From contig CAYOAK010000004.1 in assembly GCA_964401925.1 (NCBI GenBank), positions 1 through 41,004 of the forward strand: DNA of 41,004 nucleotides, read 5' to 3'. Under the pieces are notes generated by a model. It saw only the letters and a list, made by a program, of their open reading frames with translations, made no database searches and was not told the DNA's origin. The stretch comes from an uncultured Bdellovibrionales bacterium. Its GTDB lineage: Bacteria > Bdellovibrionota_C > UBA2361 > SZUA-149 > JADYYL01. The translations under genes and the position numbers were made by a program. Below are positions 18,901 through 26,900 of the stretch, piece after piece (positions within the stretch are counted from its first letter, which is position 1; the number at the start of each line of letters is the position of its first letter).

Positions 18901-21675
18901 CTGCTCGCCGCGCATTCGTATCTAAGAGTACGCGGACTTGCGTTCGACCTCGTGATTCTCAACGAGTATCCGGGAGGGTATCTCCAAACGCTTCACGAAG
19001 AGCTGGACTATACGATCCGGAACTCACACTCCGGCTGGCTCTTCGAGAAGAGCGGTGGAGTTTTCCTTCGCTCGCTGACTCAGATGAACGATGACGAACG
19101 TGATCTGCTGGCGAAGGTGGCGCGTGTTCTGCTGAATGGTGCCCAGGGCTCGCTTGCAACGCAGATTCGCTTCGAGGAGCGCTCGGCGGAGATTGTGCCG
19201 CGCAGGCGCCTCCGCGAGTCGAAGCTCGCAACCACCCGGCCGAAGCTCGAGTTTGATAACAGCTACGGCGGATTCATCGACGGGGGAAAGGGCTATCGAG
19301 TTGTTGTCGGCCGGACGATCCCGCCGCTCCCGTACGCGAACGTGATCGCGAATCCTGCATTCGGATTCCTCGTCACCGAATCGGGGGGCGGCTACACCTG
19401 GGCGGAGAATGCGCGGGAGAATCGCCTGACGCCTTGGTCCAACGATCCGGTTACCGATCCGGTGTCCGAGGCGATCTATATCCGCGACGCAGTGAGCGGC
19501 CAGTATTGGTCGGCCACACCGCTTCCGGCGTCGCATGGCGGTGAATATGTCGTCGAGCATCGAGCAGGAATTTCCCGGTTCAAGACCGAAAACGCCGGCG
19601 TCGAGAGTGTGTTGCAGATGTCGATCGCCAGCACAGAGCGGCTGAAGCTTGTCTCGGTGCTGATTACGAATCGGACGAAAGAGGTGAAGAGCCTCGAGCT
19701 TGTTTACTATGTCGAGTGCGTGCTCGGAGTCTTCCGTGAAGAGATGGCGCGCTATCTCAACACCGCCTTCGATCCGCTCTCGAAAGCGTTGATGGTTACG
19801 AACAACTATAATTCCGACTTTCCTGGACGAGTTGCGATCGTCGGCTCGAGCAAAGACCCTTCGAGCTACACCGCCAGCCGGGCAGAGTTCCTCGGGCGAA
19901 ATCGAAGCGGCAAGAATCCTCTCGCCCTCGATGCCGCTCTCGGAGGCGATCTTCGCCTCACGCGGAAGCTTGGAGCGGGCTTCGATCCTTGCGCGGCCTT
20001 GAAGGTGGATCTGAAGCTTGCCGCGGGCGAATCATCTGAGCTGCTCTTTTATCTGGGTGAATTCCCGACCGTCGAAACCGCGCGTACATGCGTCGCAAAG
20101 CTGCGCCAGAAGGGAGCGTTTGCGAAGGAATCCGAGCAGTTCCTCGGAAGCGTTCGCGAGTTGACGGAAGCGGTGAGCGTCGAGACACCCGAACGCACCT
20201 TCGATCTGATTATGAATGGCTGGCTGCCGAACCAGGTCGTGAGCTCGAGACTCTATGGCCGCACGGGCCTGTATCAGAGCGGCGGGGCGTTCGGCTTCCG
20301 TGACCAATTACAGGATGTCCTTGCACTCCTCTACTCAAGACCCCCGCTCGTTCGCGAGCAGCTGCTGCTTCACGCTTCGCGGCAGTTTCCCGAAGGCGAT
20401 GTGCAGCATTGGTGGCATCCGCCGAGTGGAAAGGGAGTGCGCACAAAAATCTCCGATGATTTCCTTTGGCTGCCTTTCGTTGCCTCACGTTATCGCGAGG
20501 CCACCGGAGATCAGAGCATTTTTGATGAAGTGGTGCACTTCCTCGATGGGCCGATGCTCGGTGAGCATGAGCATGAGGCGTATATCGTTCCAAGAGTTTC
20601 GGAACAGAAAGACACGTTTTATTCCCACTGCGTTCGGGCCCTCGATCACGGACTGCGGCTGGGCTCGCACGGCCTGCCTTTGATGGGTGTGGGCGATTGG
20701 AACGACGGAATGAACGAGGTCGGAAAAGAGGGCCGCGGTGAGAGCGTGTGGCTGGCCTGGTTCCTAGCGCTGACCTTGAAAGAATTCCTGCCGATCGTCG
20801 AGCAGCGCAGCCGAGAGAATGCCGGTGAAGCCGAGCGGCTTGAACGCTATCGCACTGCGGTCGAAAACTTGGTGAACGCGGTCGAAGAGCACGCCTGGGA
20901 TGGAGAATGGTATCGTCGTGCATACTTCGACGACGGGACACCGCTGGGCAGTGCAACCAACGACGAATGTCAGATCGATTCCTTGCCGCAGTCATGGAGT
21001 GTTCTCTCCGGGCTCGGACGGCCCGATCGCCAGCAGCAGTCGATGCAGGCAGTATACAGCCGGTTGGTCGATGAGCGCTTGAAGTTGATCAAACTCTTCG
21101 ATCCGCCGTTCGATAAAGGCTCGCTTCGTCCCGGATATATCAAAGGCTATCTGCCTGGCGTTCGTGAGAACGGCGGCCAATATACTCACGCCGCTGTTTG
21201 GGTGTTGATGGCTGCCGCGGAGCTTGGCGATGGTGAGCGCGCGTTTCGATATTTCCAGTACATCAATCCGGTTAGCCACACTTCTTCGAAGTCGGGGGCG
21301 GACCGCTACATGGGCGAGCCATATGTCCTCTGCGGCGATGTCTACGCCGCGCCGCCTTTCGAAGGACGTGCGGGCTGGAGCTGGTATACCGGCTCTGCCG
21401 GCTGGCTCTATCAGGCCGGTCTCTGCAACATCCTCGGTCTGCACTTGCATCCCGAAGGCTTCTCGCTGAAGCCATGTATTCCGGCACAGTGGGACAAATT
21501 CAAAATTGTCTATCGCCGGCAGGCTCAGGTGTTCACCATCAATGTGAGGAACCCGAAGAAGCTCTCTCGCGGTGCTGTACGGCTGCGAGCGGCTGGCAAA
21601 GATGTGCCGGACGGAATCGTGTGTTACTCCGATCTGCCGGCCGGGAACGTGCAAATCGATGTGGAGCTGGAATGA
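12997..21675 (+). CDS. ndvB: cyclic beta-1,2-glucan synthase (NdvB/ChvB/Cgs type; GT84 + cyclization domain + GH94)
   Basis: 2892-aa uninterrupted ORF. TM cluster near AFLIYASVIILGTVCAASALL. GT84 motifs LTLDNDSTLP (DND at 14944-14952) and HHRWVRGDWQL. Central alpha-barrel region YHVDNARRDGSFYDLLASEARL. GH94 motifs GVGDWNDGMN and RENGGQYTHAAVW. Confidence 0.9.
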   Translation: MRESVRRAFEALVGGDAASREEVPQTPAVKLLRIRERASRPQSLTRDALFEHAKHLAQEQIAEVSGRGSRELYQSFASHCVRIDLAHRLLSTAALDRDLLTPGAEWLLDNYHIIQEQIASIRRDFPRGYDRTLPKLLSGRHRGYPRVYELALELISKSDSVVDGNLLTSFINGYQSISQLTLGELWATPIMLRFALVENVSHLAERFVGVREERKLAESFIDEIIGDESRAGTEILLVLAGKLKAEPELLFSSAPYLIRRLRERGRKATITLQWLEERLREDGAEPEEILRNEQYALAADQISIGNTVTSLKAIGFIDWKSWVEAVSLAERALRRDPGKIYPQCDFKTRDIARHTIEKLAKRGDLLESAVAEGAVKLADRANALPVPTDEAERIRWTKRSNVTYYLIREGIWELEKELGIAPGILNHIARSLKRHAFLIYASVIILGTVCAASALLRVLAASLPELGLLMFFLALIPASELVTNIVQWLVTRIIRPDHLPKLDYQRGIPPEARTAVVVHSLFSDSDAASATIEGLEVRYLANPDPNVVFGVLADVRDATAETRPGDEEIIALARKKISGLNEKHGERFFLLFRKRKFNPSEGKWMAWERKRGKLEQFNELLLDRTKTADFLFEESDLNLLHDIRYVLTLDNDSTLPRGAVQRLVGTGAHPLNAPVIDSKTNRVVEGYGIIQPRVGTTLTSAHASRFARMFSGQAGLDPYSETVSEVHQDLFGEGSFVGKGLYSVGAFHQVLQGRVPENSLLSHDLFEGNFARAGLATDIELFDDYPSKYHAHARRHHRWVRGDWQLVPWLRSRIPAAAGQSTTNVISSLGHWKMMDNLRRSLVAPSIFIALVVAWLLLPNPARETLLALLVIAFPVYANVAQAFIIPPKRTSSLGSHVRGIGREMAVMSQQAVFTLAVLPHQATLMCDAIFRTLYRVFISKRHLLEWETAYYADKRLDATASSFFREMRVGFLVTVIFTIVLSLVRPEVALRASPILLLWLTSPWLAYLLSSPIPAAQMELNHPQREYLFGIAWHTWRYFRELVNEQNHYLVPDNIQLTPNRVVANRTSPTNISLSLLGAVSAYELGFFSLTDVVKRVRATVETLPKLERFRGHFLNWYDCLNLNPLYPRYVSTVDSGNFIGNLIALRAFFQNFGALPLVGPAHAQHSLRVIQEARLTPADPLHTTSIVELVRSALPLKERSTGVVDGKLRRDLEDLCRPVDYLGWVEIFERIAAAHPPEIGSPLAAAMNQTVAALQELPTVDAIGRALISARVYLHALPEDLSLWQELSVALIAAETAQTDLRKHAATLVESLSTIITEHDFTFLYDSDRDLFAIGYHVDNARRDGSFYDLLASEARLSALVTIALGQAPLKHWFALGRALTNSAGGRLLLSWSGTMFEYLMPLVVTRDYSGTLLSESYKAVVRAQRIYGERRGVPWGISESSFSGVDFEKTYQYRAFGVPGLGLKRGLEDDLVISPYSTALALMVASRESIENFEALEQEGGRGEYGFFEAIDYTPARLAVNERKHVVQNFFAHHQGMSLCSLVNVLCDSAIQKLFHSDPIIRATELLLQERFPDRVATLEAPVTQPAEIEHDEESSSSVNATVLETPHTAIPRTHLLSNGRYAVMLDNAGSGYSAYERELFLTRWREDLVSNQSGSYLYLRDRKSNFLWSNTYQPTCVEPESYEVLYSSDKVEFKRRDRNLFVHTEVTVSPEDNVEIRRVSLINLAGEKRTIEVTSFGEVALNSFRADQAHPAFSKMFIQSEFLPDYDCLVFARRPRSVREQPQFFFHMLTMKTVWERVDFDSSRFSFIGRGRSVENPDALDGALARNQGSILDPIFALRTGLEIDPSHVESLNFISGYAANREELMLLIRRYKELHQISRAFEMAWSQASVELRNEQMSAKLFPVFQRLGNALLFNVTQLRGSAEVIQRNKLAQQNLWRFGISGDLPMVVVRVTEPSHIKLVQELLAAHSYLRVRGLAFDLVILNEYPGGYLQTLHEELDYTIRNSHSGWLFEKSGGVFLRSLTQMNDDERDLLAKVARVLLNGAQGSLATQIRFEERSAEIVPRRRLRESKLATTRPKLEFDNSYGGFIDGGKGYRVVVGRTIPPLPYANVIANPAFGFLVTESGGGYTWAENARENRLTPWSNDPVTDPVSEAIYIRDAVSGQYWSATPLPASHGGEYVVEHRAGISRFKTENAGVESVLQMSIASTERLKLVSVLITNRTKEVKSLELVYYVECVLGVFREEMARYLNTAFDPLSKALMVTNNYNSDFPGRVAIVGSSKDPSSYTASRAEFLGRNRSGKNPLALDAALGGDLRLTRKLGAGFDPCAALKVDLKLAAGESSELLFYLGEFPTVETARTCVAKLRQKGAFAKESEQFLGSVRELTEAVSVETPERTFDLIMNGWLPNQVVSSRLYGRTGLYQSGGAFGFRDQLQDVLALLYSRPPLVREQLLLHASRQFPEGDVQHWWHPPSGKGVRTKISDDFLWLPFVASRYREATGDQSIFDEVVHFLDGPMLGEHEHEAYIVPRVSEQKDTFYSHCVRALDHGLRLGSHGLPLMGVGDWNDGMNEVGKEGRGESVWLAWFLALTLKEFLPIVEQRSRENAGEAERLERYRTAVENLVNAVEEHAWDGEWYRRAYFDDGTPLGSATNDECQIDSLPQSWSVLSGLGRPDRQQQSMQAVYSRLVDERLKLIKLFDPPFDKGSLRPGYIKGYLPGVRENGGQYTHAAVWVLMAAAELGDGERAFRYFQYINPVSHTSSKSGADRYMGEPYVLCGDVYAAPPFEGRAGWSWYTGSAGWLYQAGLCNILGLHLHPEGFSLKPCIPAQWDKFKIVYRRQAQVFTINVRNPKKLSRGAVRLRAAGKDVPDGIVCYSDLPAGNVQIDVELE

Positions 21676-22283
21676 CCATTACGACCGTGATCTTCGATAT
21701 CGGCGGAGTGCTTCTTACGAACGGCTGGGATCGTGAGCAGCGGGCGAAAACTTGGGCGGCTTTCGGTCTCAATCCCGGCGAGATCGAGGAGAAGCACAAA
21801 CAGTATCGTGACGCGCTCGATGACGGAGGAATTAATCTCAGTGACTATCTTGATCGCACCATCTTTGATGCCGCCCGCTCATTCTCTAAAGAAGAGTTCA
21901 TTACGGCGATGAAAGCGGTAAGCCAGCCGTTTCCCGAGATGCTTGCTCTCGCGCGGCGGGTAAAAGCGGCCGAAAAGTGGTTTGTTTGTTCACTGAACAA
22001 TGAGTGCCGTGAGCTCCATCGCCATCGAGTCGCTACCTACAAGTTGAAAGAGATTTTTTCCGTTTCGTTCTGCTCGGCATACATGCGCAAGTCCAAGCCG
22101 AATCCGGAGATCTACGAGAACGCGCTTGGAATGCTCGGCGTTCAGCCAAGCGAAACAGTCTTGATCGACGATCGGGAGAAGAATCTTCCGCCGGCGGCGG
22201 CACTTGGAATGAACATCATTCACCATACGCTTGCGGCAGACACTGAGCAGAGGCTCAAGGCGCTGCTCGCCTGGAGCGACTGA
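21672..22283 (+). CDS. HAD-superfamily hydrolase (subfamily IA-like)
   Basis: The real start is MTITTVIFDIGGVLL (ATG 21672, ATGA overlap with the glucan synthase stop). The upstream part of the tracked ORF lies inside ndvB. The LNNE and KPNPEIY...LIDDREKN motifs are present. Motif I reads D-I-G, so the second Asp is missing. Confidence 0.8.
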   Translation: MTITTVIFDIGGVLLTNGWDREQRAKTWAAFGLNPGEIEEKHKQYRDALDDGGINLSDYLDRTIFDAARSFSKEEFITAMKAVSQPFPEMLALARRVKAAEKWFVCSLNNECRELHRHRVATYKLKEIFSVSFCSAYMRKSKPNPEIYENALGMLGVQPSETVLIDDREKNLPPAAALGMNIIHHTLAADTEQRLKALLAWSD

Positions 22284-22498
22284 AGAAGTTTCACGGATGA
22301 AACATTGTCAGAGGCTCCCAAAAGCGTTTCACGATTCTCTGCAGCCTGAGTTCAACAATGAAGTGCAACACCGGGTATTCCCCCGAGTGATGACGCTTCG
22401 CCGTGCAGCACATGCGGCTCCTCGCTCATGGTCCGGCAGAGTTCCAGCTCCGATGCTTCAACTTCGGTGCGCAAGGAGGATGCGGGCGAGCGACGCGA

Positions 22499-22990
22499 TC
22501 ACCGCGTTCGGGCTTTACGCCTCTTCGCAGATTCCACACTTGTTGCGGGCCGCAGGGTGGAAAAAGCTTTCATCTTCATCTGAGCTGCCGACGTCTGATT
22601 GACGTCCGCCAGGGTCGTCGTCTTTGCCCATTGAACGAACTGCCGATTAAGCGCGTTGAACGTTTCATGCAGCGGGCAGGGATCTTGAGCGTTGCAACGC
22701 CCCCATCCGTAGGCACAGTGATCCGCGTCCATCGAATACCCCACGGCGTCAAAAATTTTCTGAAACGTAACAGAGGACGGGGGAGAGGCGAGCCTGAACC
22801 CGCCACCGTGGCCTTTTTCCGCTACCAATAAACGGGCAGCAACCAGTTTCCGCAAAATCTTTGAGAGGTAATCGCGCGGAACCCCCACGAGCGAGTGGAG
22901 GTCGTCCGCGCTTATGCTGGACTCCCACGGCAACAGCGCGATCTCCGCCATGCAGCGAACGGAATACTCAACTGATTTTGGTACGAACAC
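22499..22990 (-). CDS. Rrf2-family transcriptional regulator (NsrR/IscR-like, Fe-S ligand motif)
   Basis: GTG start. The winged helix is SADDLHSLVGVPRDYLSKILRKLVAARLLVAEKGHGGGFRLA. The Cys cluster HCAYGWGRCNAQDPCPLH reads C-x6-C-x5-C-x2-H. Confidence 0.85.
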   Translation of the reverse strand: MFVPKSVEYSVRCMAEIALLPWESSISADDLHSLVGVPRDYLSKILRKLVAARLLVAEKGHGGGFRLASPPSSVTFQKIFDAVGYSMDADHCAYGWGRCNAQDPCPLHETFNALNRQFVQWAKTTTLADVNQTSAAQMKMKAFSTLRPATSVESAKRRKARTR

Positions 22991-23083
22991 GGAAGCCGTT
23001 GTAATTGCGCGTTTCGGTAAGTGTATTTGAGCTGAGGTATGCCGGTCAATAAAAAGACTTGACTATCTGTTGAAGTGCCAATA

Positions 23084-23107
23084 TCAATGGATATAAATAT
23101 CCATTGA
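23084..23107. promoter_or_regulatory. perfect 11-2-11 palindrome, candidate Rrf2 operator overlapping a sigma-70-like promoter
   Basis: TCAATGGATAT-AA-ATATCCATTGA lies in the AT-rich 123-bp divergent spacer and ends 6 nt before the ATG at 23114. A possible promoter, TTGACT (23059-23064)-N17-TATCAA (23082-23087), overlaps its left arm. Confidence 0.5.
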
Positions 23108-23113
23108 ATTGAC

Positions 23114-23941
23114 ATGGCCTTTCCCATCTCACAACTTCTGGATCCTGCCGAGTTCGCCGGCCGCTGGCAGCGGGCCCGGGTCTCCGCGCTCCGGGCTTTC
23201 ATCCAAACAACGAATCCCGCAGAAGAGACACAATCTGTCGCGATGGTCTCCGAAGGAGATCGTGAGGCTCTGCTGCGAGCAGTGTTCGAAAACTCAAAGC
23301 GTCTCGGAGAGAGTGCCCGATGGCACTTCGGAGCGGAGTGGGAGGTGTCCGACTTTCATGAAGTTCTCTCTCAACGGGGCACTCCTTGCTTCACCGGAAA
23401 ATGGTCCTCGACCGACGGCGGCGTCGTTCTCGACAGGTGTGGATGCGATGCGGTGAAAAGCGGCGGAGCGTTCCTTTGTGACTATTTCAAAGAAGCCGCA
23501 GAGGGGTTGGTCCTCGGCCTGTCCGATGAGGTCCTCTATGTCCGCCATGAGAGCTGCGGAAACGGCTCGAGTTTCTGCCGCGATCTCTTCCTTCCGGCGA
23601 CAGAGAAGCAGATGGCTTTTGCTCCGGTTCCGGAGGAGCTCACAAGCGCCCTCCATGTGATCAACTCCGAGCTGTCCGATGCGGGAGTTCAGGTCGAGCT
23701 CTCGGGGATCGCCGAGGGAACCCTTTTTTATAAGTGGCAGGTGCAGGGAGCCCAGAGCTGCGAGGATAGAAGCGATCTTGTTCAGCAGACAATTCGCACT
23801 GCCTTGGGAGAGGAGCGGGCACAACTCAGAATTCGCGACATCTCTCCGCGTGCAATTTTCGGCCCCGGCCCGGACCCCGGTAAATCCGGTAGCTCCGAGT
23901 CACAAGAAGGAAAGAGAAAATGGAACACAATCGTAGCTTGA
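23114..23941 (+). CDS. hypothetical Cys-rich protein: V4R-like N-domain plus Nfu/NifU-C-like C-domain (tentative)
   Basis: The N-half has C92, C109, C111, C122, C149 and C156, ending in VRHESCGNGSSFCRDLF like the V4R motif E..C...G...C.F. The C-half AGVQVELSGIAEGTLFYKWQVQGAQSCEDRSDLVQQTIRTAL resembles Nfu DGGDVELV...V.V.L.GACGSCPSS..TL...IE..L but keeps only one Cys. Its 3' end overlaps the alpha subunit start by 22 nt. Confidence 0.55.
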   Translation: MAFPISQLLDPAEFAGRWQRARVSALRAFIQTTNPAEETQSVAMVSEGDREALLRAVFENSKRLGESARWHFGAEWEVSDFHEVLSQRGTPCFTGKWSSTDGGVVLDRCGCDAVKSGGAFLCDYFKEAAEGLVLGLSDEVLYVRHESCGNGSSFCRDLFLPATEKQMAFAPVPEELTSALHVINSELSDAGVQVELSGIAEGTLFYKWQVQGAQSCEDRSDLVQQTIRTALGEERAQLRIRDISPRAIFGPGPDPGKSGSSESQEGKRKWNTIVA

Positions 23942-26900
23942 CCACGCTCTCCCGCCGGAAATTCCTCATTGGCCTCGGCGGTGCGGGTGCTTCACTCGCG
24001 ATAGACTCCGCGCTCGCCGCACCGATTCGGTATCTGACTCCGCTTCACGTCGACAATCCGCTCGCCGGCTATCCCAATCGGGATTGGGAGAGTGTCTACC
24101 GGAGCCTCTTCAAGCCAGATTCCACATTCGTATTCCTGTGTGCGCCGAACGACACCCATAACTGCCTCCTCAAAGCGCACGTAAAGAATGACGTCATCAT
24201 TCGCATCGGGCCAAGTTACGGATACGGCAAGGCGACCGATTTGTACGGCAATCAATCCTCGCATCGCTGGGATCCGAGGCTCTGCCAGAAGGGGCTTGCG
24301 CTCGGAAGGCGAATTTACGGGGACCGGAGATTGAAAGCTCCCATGATCCGCAAAGGCTTCATGGATTGGGTGAACGAGGGATTTCCCCGGGATCCGGAGA
24401 CCGGCCGGCCCGACAAGAAGTATTTCAACCGGGGACGGGATAAATGGCAGCGGCTCGACTGGAGCGAGGCGTACGACATTACTGCCCGGGCCTTTGAGAA
24501 CATCGCACGTACGTATTCCGGGGAGGCGGGCGCGAAGCTCCTGCGTGCCCAAGGATACGACGAGGCGATGGTCGAGGCCGTCGAGGGGGCCGGTACTCAG
24601 ACGCTGAAGCTTCGGGGTGGCATGGCATTTCTCGGGGCGACACGAATCTACGGGCTCTATCGGTTCGCGAATATGCTCGCGCTTCTCGATTCGAGCATTC
24701 GCAAAGTCGGACCGGACAAGGCGATCGGGGCACGCGGATACGACAGCTATAGCTGGCACACGGATCTTCCCCCCGGCCACCCGATGGTCACAGGCGCGCA
24801 AACAAACGATTTTGACCTCTTCACAATCGAACGTTCAAAGCTTGCGTTGATCTGGGGAATGAACTGGATCACGACGAAGATGCCCGACTCCCATTGGATG
24901 ACCGAGGCGCGGCTGAAGGGAACGAAAATCGTTTCCGTGACGGTCGAGTACAGTGCCACGGCGTCAAAATCGGACGACGTCATCGTCATCAGGCCCGGAA
25001 CCGACCCCGCGTTTGCTCTTGGACTCGCTCAAGTCATCGTCAAAAAGAATCTTTTTGACAAAGATTTCGTTGCCGGAAGCACCGACCTTCCATTCCTTGT
25101 TCGAATGGACAACTTGCAGCCGCTCCGTCCAGAGGAGGTCATTCAGGGATTCAAACCCGATTCCGGAGAGGATCTGGTGTTTCTCGCGAAGGGACAGAAA
25201 TCTCCGCCGCCGGCAAAGCAGAAATCGCAGTATGCCAGCGAAGAGCTTAAGGGAGACTTCGGCTCCTATGTGGTTGCCGACGCGAAGACCGGACAGCTTC
25301 AAGGTGTCTCTCGATCAATGATCGGGGAGCGCTTCTTGAAGAGTGGGATTCGACCGAATCTTCGAGCACGAAAGAAGGTGAAGCTCTTGAGCGGTGAGAC
25401 GGTTGAAGTTCGCACCTCTTTCTCCCTCATGGAGCAGTACCTGAACTCCACTTGGACTCCGGCTCAAACGGAAACGGTGACTGGTGCTCCGGCGGCGGCG
25501 GTAACGAAGCTGGCCCGGGAGATCGCCGCGAATCAGGAGCAGACTCTGTTCTGCATGGGCATGGGTCCGAATCAGTTCTTCAACTCTGATCTTAAGGACC
25601 GGGCGGTGTTTCTTGTCGCGGCGTTGACCCGAAATATCGGATTCCCTGGAGGAAATGTCGGCAGCTACGCCGGCAATTATCGAATCGCCCTGTTCTCGGG
25701 CATCCCGCAGTTCGGAATGGAGGATCCGTTCAACGTCCAGCTCGATCCGGAGAAACCGGTGAGCATCAAGAAGTATCTCCATTACGAGTCACTCCACTAC
25801 GTCAACTACGGAGACCGTCCGCTCAGACTCGGGAATAAGCTCTTTACTGGGCCCGGACATATTCCGACGCCGACAAAGGCGCAGTGGCAAAACAACTGCA
25901 ACTCCGCTCTCGGGAACATCAAGTGGCACTACGATTTCGTAAACAACACTCTCCCGAATGTTGAGTTCGTCTGTTTCACCGATTGGTGGTGGACCGGATC
26001 GTGCGAATACTCCGATATTGTATTCGCCTGCGACAGTTGGGCGGAGTTCAAACAGCCGGACATGACTGCCTCCTGCACGAATCCGTTCCTTCAGCTCTAT
26101 CCGCGAACGCCGATCAAGCGGGTGTTCAACACGAAGCCCGATATTGAGATTCTCGCCGGAGTTGCCGAAGCGCTTGGACGTCATGTGAACGATCCGCGCT
26201 TCAAACAGAACTGGCAGTTCGTCTTCGATGACAAGGTCGAGGTCTATCTCCAGAGAATCCTCGACGGCTCCCCGGCGACGAAGGGCTACAGCTTTTCAGA
26301 CTTGGAGGCCAAGGCGAAGGATGGAGTTCCGGCGCTGATGAACAACCGGACGTATCCACGTCACTCTTCGTATGAGCAGGTCCGGGAGAACAAACCTTGG
26401 CACACGAAGTCGGGCCGGCTTGAGTTCTACCGGTTCGAACCGGAGTTCATCGAGCACGGAGAGAATCTGGTAGTTTACCGCGAGCCTGTGGATTCGACTC
26501 ACTACGAGCCGAACGTCATTGTCGCAAAACCGCATCCTGCGATTCGTCCCCACGGACCCGCTGAGTACGGGCTCGACCCGAATGATCTCTCCGTTGAAGT
26601 GCGTCAGGTCCGAAACGTTATCAGATCCCCCGAAGAGCTGGTCCATACGAAGCATCCGCTCAAGGCGAAGAACTTCACGCACGTCTACCACACTCCGAAG
26701 TACCGCCACGGTGCTCACACGACACCGGTGGACACGGATTTCACGAGTGTTTGGTTCGGGCCGTTCGGAGATGTCTACCGGAGGGATAAACGGATGCCCT
26801 CGGTGGTTGAGGGTTACGTCGATATCAATCCGCTCGATGCGAAGGAGCTCGGAGTGGCTGATGGAGACTATGTCTATATCGATGCGGATCCCGAGGATCG

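Noticed and set aside
21474-21671. 66-aa N-terminal extension of the HAD ORF
   Set aside because: It lies inside the 3' end of the glucan synthase gene in another frame. HAD motif I follows immediately after the Met at 21672, which forms an ATGA overlap.
22284-22498. 215-nt convergent spacer between the HAD and Rrf2 genes, checked for sRNA, riboswitch or small ORFs
   Set aside because: I found only a weak 6-bp hairpin (GTTTCA-CGGA-TGAAAC at 22288-22303) and a 25-codon frame. Neither has supporting signals, and the tracked ORFs here are overlapping shadows.
23075-23080. TGGCAC on the minus strand in the Rrf2/operon spacer as a sigma-54 -24 box
   Set aside because: The required TTGC -12 element is absent at the correct spacing; the sequence reads TGGCACTTCAACAGA.
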